A DNA stretch of 61,070 nucleotides, counting the filler. It is 8 parts of 8 records of this genome, joined end to end, with 100 filler letters (N's around TTAATTAATTAA, not from the genome) between each part and the next. Parts side by side here need not be neighbours in the genome. Positions count along the whole stretch, not along the records: positions 47,775 to 55,349 come from SRR31156797_32268; positions 55,450 to 61,070 come from SRR31156797_32275; 6 more parts are not named here. One strand, written 5' to 3'. Below are positions 48,404-58,484 of the stretch, piece after piece (position 1 is the first letter of the stretch; every line of letters begins with the position of its first letter). The translations under genes were made by a program, and so were the position numbers. The notes below the pieces were generated by a model that had not been told where the DNA came from, did not search any database, and saw only the letters and a list, made by a program, of their open reading frames with translations.

Positions 48404-49819
48404 ATGAGACATGTAGACGTAGCCATTATCGGAGCAGGGACAGCGGGCCTTACGGCTCGCCGTGAAGTTGAGAAAAAAACCAAGAATTATGTGGTTATCG
48501 ATGACGGACCATTGGGAACTACCTGTGCCCGAGTCGGATGCATGCCCTCAAAAGCGCTTATCCAGGTGGCCGCTGATTTCGCACGACGTCAACATTTGCA
48601 GGAGCAGGGTATTCACAACGGGTTACAGTTGAAAGTGGATACAACCGAAGTAATGCAGCATATCCGCAAGCTAAGAGACCGTTTTGTCGGCGGAGTACTC
48701 TCCGGTATGGCTCATTGGAGGGATGAAAAGCTCATTCGTAAAACTGCCCGCTTTATCGACCAGCACACCCTTGATTTGGGAGATGAGCACATTCGTGCAG
48801 ATACCATTATTATAGCGGTGGGAACGAGGCCGGTTATCCCTGAACCCTTAAAAAAATATGCTTCTTTCCTCATAGATACCAATGATTTTTTCGAACTCGA
48901 ACAGCTGCCGGCAAAGATCGCAGTGCTGGGCATTGGTGTCATTGGACTCGAGCTGGGTCAAGCGTTGTCGCGGCTTGACATAACGACAACCATCATCGGC
49001 AGACGGGCAAGGTTTGGGGGGCTCAGTGATCCTGAGATCAACGACTATATCGCCCGAAAATTCACAGAAAAGCTCGATCTATCCCTTAGCGGCTACGAAA
49101 TAAAAGGTGTTGCAGACAACGGCTGCCTCACGCTTATAACCGGTGAGCGTGAAATTGAAGTCGACCTTCTTCTGGCGGCCCTTGGCAGGCGCACGAATCT
49201 TGACCGGCTGAATATGGATGTCCTCAATCTACCGATAGATAAACACGGCATTCCTTACTATCAGGAAGAAAATTATAACATAGTAGGTACAAATCTCTTC
49301 CTCGTCGGTGATACCAATCTAAGACGCCCTCTCTTACATGAGGCAGCAGATCAAGGGCGTATTGCTGGGTTCAATGCCGTTAATGATCCTCAATGTTTTA
49401 AGGAGCGAGTCCCTCTCTCCATAGCTTTCTGCGAGCCAAATATCGCTTTCGTCGGCAAACGATACGAGGAGCTCGTGCAACAAGGCATCGATTTTGTCAT
49501 CGGTAAAGTAAGCTTTGAAGGCCAAGGCAGGTCTATTATAAAACTTGAGGAAATTGGAGCCCTGCATATCTATGCCGAGCGATCATCAGGCAAGCTGCTC
49601 GGCGCAGAAATATTTGCCCCTGATGGCGAACATCTCGCCCATCTCGTTTCCTGGGCCATTAGCTGCAATCTCACGGTACATGAGACGCTGACGTTGCCCT
49701 TCTATCATCCAGTAATTGAAGAAGGGCTGCGCACCGCCATTCGCGACGCAGCACAACAAGTAGAAGCGCCGCCAAACCGGCTAGAAGTCTTCCGCTGTGA
49801 AGACAGCCCAATACGGTGA
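48404..49819 (+). CDS. Dihydrolipoamide-dehydrogenase-like flavoprotein disulfide reductase
   Basis: GAGTAG FAD motif, TCARVGCMPSK redox disulfide, GIGVIG and C-terminal YHPVIEE. Confidence 0.9.
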   Translation: MRHVDVAIIGAGTAGLTARREVEKKTKNYVVIDDGPLGTTCARVGCMPSKALIQVAADFARRQHLQEQGIHNGLQLKVDTTEVMQHIRKLRDRFVGGVLSGMAHWRDEKLIRKTARFIDQHTLDLGDEHIRADTIIIAVGTRPVIPEPLKKYASFLIDTNDFFELEQLPAKIAVLGIGVIGLELGQALSRLDITTTIIGRRARFGGLSDPEINDYIARKFTEKLDLSLSGYEIKGVADNGCLTLITGEREIEVDLLLAALGRRTNLDRLNMDVLNLPIDKHGIPYYQEENYNIVGTNLFLVGDTNLRRPLLHEAADQGRIAGFNAVNDPQCFKERVPLSIAFCEPNIAFVGKRYEELVQQGIDFVIGKVSFEGQGRSIIKLEEIGALHIYAERSSGKLLGAEIFAPDGEHLAHLVSWAISCNLTVHETLTLPFYHPVIEEGLRTAIRDAAQQVEAPPNRLEVFRCEDSPIR

Positions 49820-50014
49820 CGGACACGTTGGACCTGGATCTCAATAGTCTCCTCAGAAGTGGTCCTGAAAATTTGAACAATCTTTATGGTGGAAAATAGG
49901 CTATGAAAAGAGAGGCTATGCCATTTCGTCATTGATAGAAATTTGCTTTTTTAAAACCAACAACTGTCCTTGTTTATTATCTCAAGCTTTAGGCAAGGGG
50001 GAGACAGGATTAGA

Positions 50015-51897
50015 ATGCATACTCAATACTGGGCAGATAGTTATGTAGAAAAACTGTCACTCCTCAAAAGGCAATATCCCATATACGATCGGGTCAAATG
50101 GTTTTTATAGGCTCGGGATGCGGTGAACCTCAAAAACTGGTGCAGACCCTTGCCGAAAGTACCTCCAAGCTCAATGGACTTGAGATTGTCCGCCTGTTCG
50201 GACGAGAAACAGCTTCTTTAACAGCCATTGCGGATAGAACGTCCGATACCAGTATAAATATCCGTTCAATCTATCTCGGCTCAGCAGAAACACCTCGCAT
50301 TGCAAAGCATAAGCGTTTTATCACGCCAATGAATATGTCTGATGTACCGGCTCTCTTTACAACCCGAAAAATGCCTTTGAATGTAGCGCTGGTTCAGGTT
50401 TCCCCTCCGGATGATTTTGGCTGGATGAGCTTAGGAATTTCCGTTGATGTGACCCTTGCCGCCGCCCGATCTGCTGATTTCGTGATTGCCCAGGTTAATC
50501 CCCGGATGCCACGGGTTATGGGACAAAGCTTTATTCACGTAAATGACGTTGATGCCATTGTCCATCATGAGGAGGAACTTCTTGCAGTACCTCCGGCAAA
50601 GTTTTCACCGGAGGCTGCCGTTACCATGGGTAAACTTATCGCCCGTCAGATAGAGGATGGCTCAACGCTGCAAATAAATATTGATGCTGCTTCTCATGCA
50701 ACGGTACAGGCGCTGATCGACAAAAATGACCTCGGAATCCACTCCCAGTTTTTAACAGATGACGTCATGCACCTCTATGCCAGAGGAAATGTCAATAATC
50801 GTAAAAAGGGGTTTAACGAAGGTAAAATGGTGGCTTCTATGGCCATTGGCAGTCACAACCTCTATGAATTCCTCAATGACAACCCTGCCGTCGATTTCCA
50901 TCCTTCTGATTATGTGAATAACCCCTTTAATATTGCCCGAAATAATCGAATGGTATCCTTGAATGTTGCTCAAACCATTGACCTGACCGGACAGGTTTCG
51001 GGCGAGGCATCAGCAACGACTCGTTACGCTGGTGTTTCAGGCATTCCCGATTTTGTGAGAGGTGCTCGTCAATCACCTGGTGGCAAATCAATTATTATGA
51101 TCTTTTCAACCACCCCTGGAGAAGATGGCCATGTCTCCAATATAGTACCTCACATTGGAAAAAATGCCGTTGTTGTCCCCCGAGGAGATGTGCACTATGT
51201 AGTTTCCGAATACGGAGCAGTGAACCTCTTTGGGAAAAGCCTACAGGAACGCGTGATAGCTATGATCAGTCTAGCGCACCCGGACTTTCGAGAAGAGCTT
51301 TTCGAGCATGCCAAGGAACAGGGATTGATAGGAGCACAACGCAATCTCGGAGAGGCGGAAAAGGCTGTTTACCCAGTTCGCCTGGAAGAAACAATTACAA
51401 TTGATGGTAATGAAGTCACTATTCGTCCCTCCAAACCTGTGGATGGACGACGCATTCAGGAGCATTTTTACAACCTGGCTAAAACGGACATATTCACACG
51501 ATTTTTCCATGAAAAAACAGTTTTTGGCATCTCGGAAGTGGAAAGTCGATCCCAGGTCGACTATGTGCAAGATCTTGCTCTCGTAGCCGTTGTCGGTGAA
51601 TTTGGCTTTGGCCGTGTTGTAGCTATCGGGGAAAGCATGAGACTGAAAAACTCCAATATGGCAGAAGTCGCTTTTTCAGTAAGTAAAGACTATCAGGGTA
51701 AGGGACTAGGGAAATTTTTCCTCAAAAAGTTGGCTGTTTCGGCCAGAGAGAACGGCATTGCAGGCCTAATGGCCATCACCGTTCCCACTAATACGGCCAT
51801 GATTAAACTTTTTAAAACCCTCCCTTATGAGGTGAAAACAAAGTACGAAGATGGAGATGTTGTCCTTAGCTGTCGTTTTGATGAACTTGCTGAATAG
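50015..51897 (+). CDS. Acetyl-CoA hydrolase/CoA-transferase-like + GNAT fusion, with a 1-nt frameshift near 50049-50053
   Basis: MHTQYWADSYVEK from ATG 50015 continues as TVTPQKAISHIRSGQMVFIGSGCGEP only after a frame change. CoA-transferase motifs are followed by a GNAT domain (AEVAFSV..DYQGKGLG). Confidence 0.85.
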
Positions 51898-52258
51898 AGG
51901 AGAGGGAAGGTGCTGAAAAAGCAGAAGGTTTACTGGCCGAGAATTGTTCATGCACACCGAATAATCGCATTCATCAGGGACAGGTCAGGATTGCGCCACC
52001 TCAAGGCCTTTTTTCAGCACAAAAAAGGCTTATACGACTGATTAAACTGTTATTTTTAATCACCACGGGCTATAGCTTCACGAAAATACCAAGTTTCAAA
52101 CCACCAGCAGTATTAACCTAATAGTTTAGAGATGCCACAGCTGTGTAGAATAGACAAGCCTATCGCACCCACCCTACCTACTGGACGACCGCTCACCGGC
52201 AAAAAAATATACGCAGACTCCGCGGGATACCGGTGAACGGATATAAAAAAGAGTCTTT

Positions 52259-52480
52259 TTAAAACCACCAAATCATCCGCTTGGCCGGATTACCAAATGA
52301 CTCGAAAGAATCACCGGATTCACGCAGCACATCCTCGAGTTCAGCCTGACTAAAGTCATAACCGTCTTCACCGGCAATGGAGATAAATTCCTCCATGGTT
52401 TTGATCGCATCGTATTTTTTTCGAATTTCCTCGTTCTCGCCGCCTGCGATGAGTAATTCTTCAACATTTTTTTTTGCCAT
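52259..52480 (-). CDS. Nif11-like small protein
   Basis: EEF..IA.E.GYDFS..EL Nif11 pattern; RBS AAGGAG. Confidence 0.75.
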   Translation of the reverse strand: MAKKNVEELLIAGGENEEIRKKYDAIKTMEEFISIAGEDGYDFSQAELEDVLRESGDSFESFGNPAKRMIWWF

Positions 52481-52521
52481 TGTTTCACTCCTTTATCCCG
52501 ATATATGCCAAAAGCAGTCGG

Positions 52522-52842
52522 CTATGTTATAAATTCAATCTGGAGCGTTTCATCCTCCTGGTTAGCAACCAGAGTGTACGCTCCGCCTTTAAATATCTGA
52601 AAATCAAACAGCTTTTTCTGCCCCTTAAAGGCGTCCATTATTTGATCTTTTTTTTCAGACTCACAATCAACATTGAACCATATAATGATATTCTCGCCTT
52701 TTTCGCCCATTTGAAGAAGAAATGCATTGTGCTCGACAAACACAAGGTCTTCATGTGTATGGCTTACCTGAAAACCGATATTCTCAAGCATTGTTACTAT
52801 CAGGCCAAGTGGGCGATACGGTACAGCTTCCAGAGTAGCCAT
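52522..52842 (-). CDS. Conserved-looking hypothetical protein (nif block)
   Basis: RBS GGAGAG; PLG....E..G..VSH..EDLVFVEHNAFLLQM; co-oriented in the operon. Confidence 0.7.
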   Translation of the reverse strand: MATLEAVPYRPLGLIVTMLENIGFQVSHTHEDLVFVEHNAFLLQMGEKGENIIIWFNVDCESEKKDQIMDAFKGQKKLFDFQIFKGGAYTLVANQEDETLQIEFIT

Positions 52843-52863
52843 GTTTCTCTCTCCAACATGCTT

Positions 52864-53112
52864 TTATTCGACTTTTTCACCAAGGGTTCGAACAGACGAG
52901 ATACTGTCCCAACTGTAATATGTATTAACGGTCTCCCCTGGAGGATCTTCTGTTATCCGGATGAAATCGTCCCCAAGAAACATCACGGCATCTCCATAGA
53001 CACGTCCCTCGTTTACCTGCATTTTTACACCTTTACGCAGTTTTCGAGAAAGGGTTCCATGTACCGGCATGGAAGCGTATTCAAATATTTTTTCCATTAT
53101 TTCTTTCTTCAT
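52864..53112 (-). CDS. Small hypothetical protein (nif block)
   Basis: 82-aa ORF with beta-rich C-terminus, co-oriented with tight spacing. Confidence 0.68.
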   Translation of the reverse strand: MKKEIMEKIFEYASMPVHGTLSRKLRKGVKMQVNEGRVYGDAVMFLGDDFIRITEDPPGETVNTYYSWDSISSVRTLGEKVE

Positions 53113-53155
53113 ACAATAAATCCTCTATCATTATTATGGGGCTGCACATTTTTTT

Positions 53156-53584
53156 TCAATTCGTCATGTATGGAATGAGCATCTCCCGCACTTCTGCCCC
53201 AATGGCGAGAATAGTCTCAATGTCCTGGGCTGTTGGCGTTTGCACATTGTAAGTTTCAAGATCACAAATCTCTTGAAACGAATCCAGATAGTTCATTTTT
53301 TTAGCGAAATCAGGATTTGGTCCTAAATGCTGTTCAACAGCCCTGAGTAGATCACCCATGGTATGATTTTCAGCAAGATCTCCCCGATGCATCAAAAAGG
53401 CCATAATCACCTTTTCAATCCCCATGCAGGTAAGATTGTAGAGAGCTTCAGGCGAAAATGCCTTTTTTTGCTGCTCGTGGGCGGCTTTGGCAGTTTTCAA
53501 AAACTGCTCACCATCCCTTTGGTATTCCTGCCAATTATCAATCTGTACAATGTTTGCCGCATTATCAATCTGTACAATATTCAT
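53156..53584 (-). CDS. HEPN-like domain protein
   Basis: FLKTA...YNL..MGIEK.IMA.L...NHT..DLL pattern; start reassigned to ATG 53584, overlapping the GNAT stop. Confidence 0.65.
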   Translation of the reverse strand: MNIVQIDNAANIVQIDNWQEYQRDGEQFLKTAKAAHEQQKKAFSPEALYNLTCMGIEKVIMAFLMHRGDLAENHTMGDLLRAVEQHLGPNPDFAKKMNYLDSFQEICDLETYNVQTPTAQDIETILAIGAEVREMLIPYMTN

Positions 53585-54044
53585 GGTGATCCACCGTATA
53601 ATATTTGCGGAGACAAGTGAGCGCTGTCTTCTTCCAATAATTATCTCTATAAAAACAAAGGGCTGGCTCATTATTACAATCGGCAAGCAGCTGCATTCTA
53701 TCCGCTCCCTGCTGCTTGCCCCAGAATCCAATTTCCCGGATCAAAGCACTTCCGATACCACATCTATGCCACACCCTTGCCACAACAAGATCCTCAACAA
53801 GCAGGGATGGCCCACCCTCGGCTGTAGAAACCACTCGCTGTCCCGTCACCATGCCGATCACTTCCCCATCCTTTTCGGCAACCATGATAGCGGCAGCAGG
53901 TGTATCCATGAGCAACTCAAGGCCTTTTTTTTGACGATCTGGATCAAAGGTAAAATCTTCCTCAATAGAAAACAATTGGTGGAGAAGCTGGAGCAATGAG
54001 GATATATCATCCTTCACTGCCTGCCGAAAGATTACGCTGTTCAT
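53565..54044 (-). CDS. GNAT N-acetyltransferase
   Basis: LFSIEEDF, STAEGG, VEDLVV...R.GIGS.L and N.PAL.FY. Confidence 0.88.
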   Translation of the reverse strand: MNSVIFRQAVKDDISSLLQLLHQLFSIEEDFTFDPDRQKKGLELLMDTPAAAIMVAEKDGEVIGMVTGQRVVSTAEGGPSLLVEDLVVARVWHRCGIGSALIREIGFWGKQQGADRMQLLADCNNEPALCFYRDNYWKKTALTCLRKYYTVDHHEYCTD

Positions 54045-54050
54045 GGACAA

Positions 54051-54353
54051 TCAGCCAAACAGATATTCTGCGGGCGGCTCACCATCCTCAACACCGTCCA
54101 AAACCGCATCAATTGCATCTTCACTGTCAATACCCTTGAACCACCAGTTTTCGGGTTGAACAACCATAATAGGCCCAGACTCACACTGTTTTAAACAACC
54201 GGTTGCCACAACTTGCATATCGAGCCCACGGTCAAGAATTTCTTCCTCTATATACTGAAGGAAACCGTCTGTCTGTTTATGACAGATGCCTTTGGGGTCG
54301 CCTTTTAATCGAAAACTTTGGCAGACAAGAATCTGCTTTTCAGGTACAGCCAT
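54051..54353 (-). CDS. Thioredoxin-like [2Fe-2S] ferredoxin (nif-associated)
   Basis: ILVC.SFR..G...GIC...TGCLKQC..GP.MVV.P. Confidence 0.9.
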   Translation of the reverse strand: MAVPEKQILVCQSFRLKGDPKGICHKQTDGFLQYIEEEILDRGLDMQVVATGCLKQCESGPIMVVQPENWWFKGIDSEDAIDAVLDGVEDGEPPAEYLFG

Positions 54354-54431
54354 TGCTATATCTCCTGTTTCTTAGTTCTATATTGTTAGAGACAGATACG
54401 TTTATTGCCGCTGCATCGGTCTCTTCTATTT

Positions 54432-55349
54432 TCACTTCTTGCACTTGCCTTTTTTACCACCACCGTAGAGCACATCCACACATCCTTCTATGGCATCCTC
54501 GATCACCATAACCCTCAGACCGTTTTCGCCCAAAATTTTACGAGGACTTTCACCAGCACTGGCTGTGAGGAGGACGAAACAATCTTCCAAATTATCAGAC
54601 AAAGCCTGCCATCGTCCTTTTCCACCACCTGGTTCCGGTGCTTCTCTGGTTTCCAGGAGACAGGGAAGAGCATCGTTTCCCCGCGGTCCGTATATAAGAA
54701 TTTTTGTGGCATGTCCCAGGTGAAGGTCAACATCAATACCATTAGAACTTGCCACTGCAACATTAGGGCGCTCTTTTGTTGCTAAAGGATGATCATTGCG
54801 GCAGGATGGCAGCCCATTTCCAACGCCATCTTCGGGCTGATATACAAGCAGAGAGTTGATAACCGGTAACGATTCAGCAGCATGAAGCACAAGACTCGCT
54901 ATTGTTTCATCATCAATCGAACTCACAACCCCCGCATCATCAGATTCTTCTTTTGCAGAATGTACAGCTACAGCATCGGCACCAAGCTCTTTGAGGACCT
55001 CACAGACGGGAATAACCTGATCAAGATTGCACTCCGGATACAGCGTGATACTCCCGCAAACGGTCATATTATGCTGCTTGAATGCTGCTGCCGCACGACG
55101 CTGTTCTTCAAAAAGTATTGACGCAGCCTTTGCCATAGGGAGTGTCTTGCGCGCCGGCCGGATCCACATATAAATTTTTTCAAGCGTCTCAACAGTTACG
55201 GCATCCATTACGAGTTCAACATATGCTACACCAGCTTCTGCCAACGTCTGAGCATACGCCTCTCCCCCCATACCTAAAGTTCGAAGGGCAAAACGTGCCT
55301 CTGGATACTTCTGCCGTATAATCCCTATGGTCTTAAGGGTCTCTTCAGG
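54432..55349 (-). CDS. Degenerate NifB-like radical-SAM-fold protein with C-terminal NifX/NifB domain (5' truncated)
   Basis: Open to the contig edge (PEETLKT...); IYMWIRP NifB-like segment; VAVASSNGIDVDLHLGHA...APEPGGG..RW..L NifX domain. Confidence 0.8.
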   Translation of the reverse strand, partial: PEETLKTIGIIRQKYPEARFALRTLGMGGEAYAQTLAEAGVAYVELVMDAVTVETLEKIYMWIRPARKTLPMAKAASILFEEQRRAAAAFKQHNMTVCGSITLYPECNLDQVIPVCEVLKELGADAVAVHSAKEESDDAGVVSSIDDETIASLVLHAAESLPVINSLLVYQPEDGVGNGLPSCRNDHPLATKERPNVAVASSNGIDVDLHLGHATKILIYGPRGNDALPCLLETREAPEPGGGKGRWQALSDNLEDCFVLLTASAGESPRKILGENGLRVMVIEDAIEGCVDVLYGGGKKGKCKK

Positions 55350-55449
55350 NNNNNNNNNNNNNNNNNNNNNNNNNNNNNNNNNNNNNNNNNNNNTTAATTA
55401 ATTAANNNNNNNNNNNNNNNNNNNNNNNNNNNNNNNNNNNNNNNNNNNN
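55350..55449. other. Artificial contig spacer
   Basis: N-run with TTAATTAATTAA. Confidence 0.99.
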
Positions 55450-55548
55450 AGTCTTCAGGATAGTAGTGAAGGAACGTGCTGCCTACTGCGGTTGTTCACG
55501 TTGTTTTTTGTTAATCGATGATTTATTATCGGCATTAGTAGGCACTGA

Positions 55549-57039
55549 TCATTCTTTCAATACTTTGCGGATCATTGCAAGTCCTGTAAGATTAACAAGA
55601 AGTATCATTACTCCTCCTACAATATAACGTGTATTGTAGTAAGATCCAGTGCTTACTGATTCCTGAGGTGCCAGACTAATAGTCATGCTTGATACTAATC
55701 TAAATGATCTTTCGATCTCATCGCCTGGGTCGGACCCGGATGAATATTTAAGAATATAATTCAAATCAGGTTCAAGTCCCATTAGTAAAATAGAATCATC
55801 AACCTTGTCATGATAGAATATTTCATCACCTGCTACAAGGGTAAGTTCTCCTGAGTCCGGAACATCGATTTCTATGTTCACATAATTTTTGACAGGTATT
55901 GCTGAACCATCAGAAGCTCTCAGTTCCCCGGGCATGTTCAGCACTTCAAGTATGGTAGGTGCAATATCCTCCTGTCCGAACTCACCTTCTATCACACCGG
56001 TGTCAACATCCCTTGCCGCTATGATAAGTGGTACTTTTTGAGATTCATCCATTACGGAATATTTATCAGCCTGATGGCCTCCTCTGGAATCTGCTGTCGG
56101 GAATGCCATTCCATGATCACTTGTAAGGATAAAGGCCATGTCGTTCTCAATGCAGGCATTATACAGATCCATGCTGGCATTATCTATGCCTTCAATTCCA
56201 GCAATGTAGCCACTATCCTTCTTGTAGTGGCCAGCACTGTCAATGGCACCGATATTGATGGTCAGAATATATTTTCTATCAGGATATTCCTTATCCATAA
56301 AACCGATCAAAGTAGTTCCTGTTTCTATTGCCCAATTATTGTAAGCATTATATCTTTCCAGGGAGCCTTCGGGATATTGATCAAGATCATCCTGGATTGT
56401 AAAGGCCTGCTCCTGAACAAAGTCTGCAACGGCAAGGGAAATAGTCTTTTTGGATTCTGAAAGTCCGTTAATTTCGGTTACCATTTCCGGTTCTGTTACT
56501 GAGTTCTCCTGATCATGGATCACTACATCCTGTTTTTTGCAGATACCCCATGAATCTCCCTTTTGCATAATGGCAAAGGTCATGTATCCGTTTTCATGGG
56601 CTACATCATAAATGCTTGTTCCTGAAGCTCCAACAATTGAACTGTCAGCTTTGGAATAGCCTGTTGCAATTACCGAATGTCCTCCTTCGGTAAAGGTTTG
56701 GGGTGCTGTTACGTCCAGTACCCGGCAGCTTTCATCAAAGATGATCTGCATATTTTCCATTTCGGCTTTTTCAAGGACGCCACCATCAATAGCATAAGGC
56801 GTATATTCGGGATACACATAGCTTGAGCTAAGTCCGTCAACTATGAAAATAACAGCTCCATGCGGAGTATTTACCGGGTTAATCTCTGCAACGTTAGTTG
56901 CATTGCAGATTGGTATAAAGAGAAGTAACAGGCAAAAGAGCATGACAAGTTTAAAATTAAATGTAGCTAAAAAACGAAATGAGGACTTACATTTGCGTTT
57001 ATGTTCAATTTCATCTGTGTGTTTTGAATTATCCAGCAT
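55549..57039 (-). CDS. Membrane-anchored alkaline-phosphatase/phosphoglyceromutase-superfamily metalloenzyme
   Basis: IVDG, TEGGH, DSAGH, TSDHG and DIAPT motifs; signal peptide and C-terminal TM. Confidence 0.85.
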   Translation of the reverse strand: MLDNSKHTDEIEHKRKCKSSFRFLATFNFKLVMLFCLLLLFIPICNATNVAEINPVNTPHGAVIFIVDGLSSSYVYPEYTPYAIDGGVLEKAEMENMQIIFDESCRVLDVTAPQTFTEGGHSVIATGYSKADSSIVGASGTSIYDVAHENGYMTFAIMQKGDSWGICKKQDVVIHDQENSVTEPEMVTEINGLSESKKTISLAVADFVQEQAFTIQDDLDQYPEGSLERYNAYNNWAIETGTTLIGFMDKEYPDRKYILTINIGAIDSAGHYKKDSGYIAGIEGIDNASMDLYNACIENDMAFILTSDHGMAFPTADSRGGHQADKYSVMDESQKVPLIIAARDVDTGVIEGEFGQEDIAPTILEVLNMPGELRASDGSAIPVKNYVNIEIDVPDSGELTLVAGDEIFYHDKVDDSILLMGLEPDLNYILKYSSGSDPGDEIERSFRLVSSMTISLAPQESVSTGSYYNTRYIVGGVMILLVNLTGLAMIRKVLKE

Positions 57040-57353
57040 TTACGTTTTTTCCTTCAGGTTTCTTTGTTGAGTAAACATTTGTCACCATAATAAAGTTTCG
57101 ATTTCGATTTTCTTTCTGTCAGATGATAAATGAGAATTCAGGCATATCAAAAAGCCATCTTTGTTGTAATCCTATATATTTCTTTTAAACTAGCAATAAA
57201 TATAATGTGGAATATCAGGAGATGGGAGAGGTTTGAGCTATGGAGCAAAACATCTGATACAGGGACAAGATGTATATCCGGGGACTGAAAATAAGTCTCA
57301 GTGCCCTGCTAACATTCTATACGCGAGTCCATTAATTCGCATCAATTTTCTTT

Positions 57354-58484
57354 TCATTTTTCGTTTAATTTGGCGTAGGATCCGTCTTTTAGAAAAAGAG
57401 ATATTAGCAGTATAAGCGATGTCAATGCAAAGATCATGGGATATCCAAGATCAGTAAATAATCCTGCTATTATTGGCATTAAAGCAAGACCTGCATAGGT
57501 ATATGTGTTGAATATGCCCATGGCCATTCCCCTGTCAAATGGCATGTGTGAAACTGCAATTGGGAGGCCTATCATTCCTGTTCCTGAACCTATTCCAAGC
57601 AATGTAAATCCCAGGAAAGGATGCTTTAATGAAATAAAAACACCTGCTGCTGCCAGAATTATTCCAGTGGAAATCATTTTCCTGCAATCCAGGTTCATCC
57701 TTCCGACAACAAGGTTGGTTGCCATTGAGCTTATGTATAGTATACCTATGGCCAGTCCCAGTTCAGGTTTTGTAAGCATATCTTTGCTATACTCTGAATA
57801 AAATGCAAGTATGACTCCTGTGATTCCAAAAATCAGGAATGCCGTTACCCAGATACGCATGAACTTCATGTCCAGCATTTTACTGAAGACTTTTTTTGTT
57901 TCACTAAAGTGAGAAAACTGCTTAGTTTGAACCCTGTCTGGCTTCTTTTGTGAGAATAAAAATGATGAGCCAAATAACAGCAAGACAAAGGAGATTACTG
58001 TGAACATAACGATCGCTCCCCTTATTGACCAGGCGGCCAGAAAACCGGAAGAAAGCACTCCAAAAGCAAGTCCCGCATTGAGCAGAAAATTGAATTCTCC
58101 TATGTAGCGGCTTCTTTCATTAAAATTTGACAGTGTTGCATATGCAGGAGGAAAGAAAGCTCCACAAGCTATTCCTTCAATTAGTCTGGCTGCTATCAAC
58201 AGATAAATATTTGAGCTTATTGTAAGGACTATTCCTGCCAGAAAAGTGAAAGTAACGGCAAAACATATGAGTTTCATGCTTCCATGTGTGTCCGACAGGA
58301 GTCCGAATGGTATCATGGTGAGTAAAGCACCAATGAAGTATCCGGAAAACAGCAGCGTATATTCAAGGCTGTCTGAAGATACAAAGCCTCTTGCAGCAAT
58401 TTCAGGCAAAACCGGGATTACAGAGTTGGATAATCCCATGATAAGGAAAACAGTACAATAGATAAAAAACCGGTTTTTATTCAT
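57354..58484 (-). CDS. MFS transporter
   Basis: FGLLSDTHG motif A, ARLIEG and about 12 TMs. Confidence 0.9.
   Translation of the reverse strand: MNKNRFFIYCTVFLIMGLSNSVIPVLPEIAARGFVSSDSLEYTLLFSGYFIGALLTMIPFGLLSDTHGSMKLICFAVTFTFLAGIVLTISSNIYLLIAARLIEGIACGAFFPPAYATLSNFNERSRYIGEFNFLLNAGLAFGVLSSGFLAAWSIRGAIVMFTVISFVLLLFGSSFLFSQKKPDRVQTKQFSHFSETKKVFSKMLDMKFMRIWVTAFLIFGITGVILAFYSEYSKDMLTKPELGLAIGILYISSMATNLVVGRMNLDCRKMISTGIILAAAGVFISLKHPFLGFTLLGIGSGTGMIGLPIAVSHMPFDRGMAMGIFNTYTYAGLALMPIIAGLFTDLGYPMIFALTSLILLISLFLKDGSYAKLNEK

Noticed and set aside
8856-55449. Seven identical TTAATTAATTAA motifs within N-runs, resembling a regular repeat
   Set aside because: Artificial six-frame-stop linkers joining unrelated contigs; no cross-spacer operon or horizontal-transfer inference is valid.
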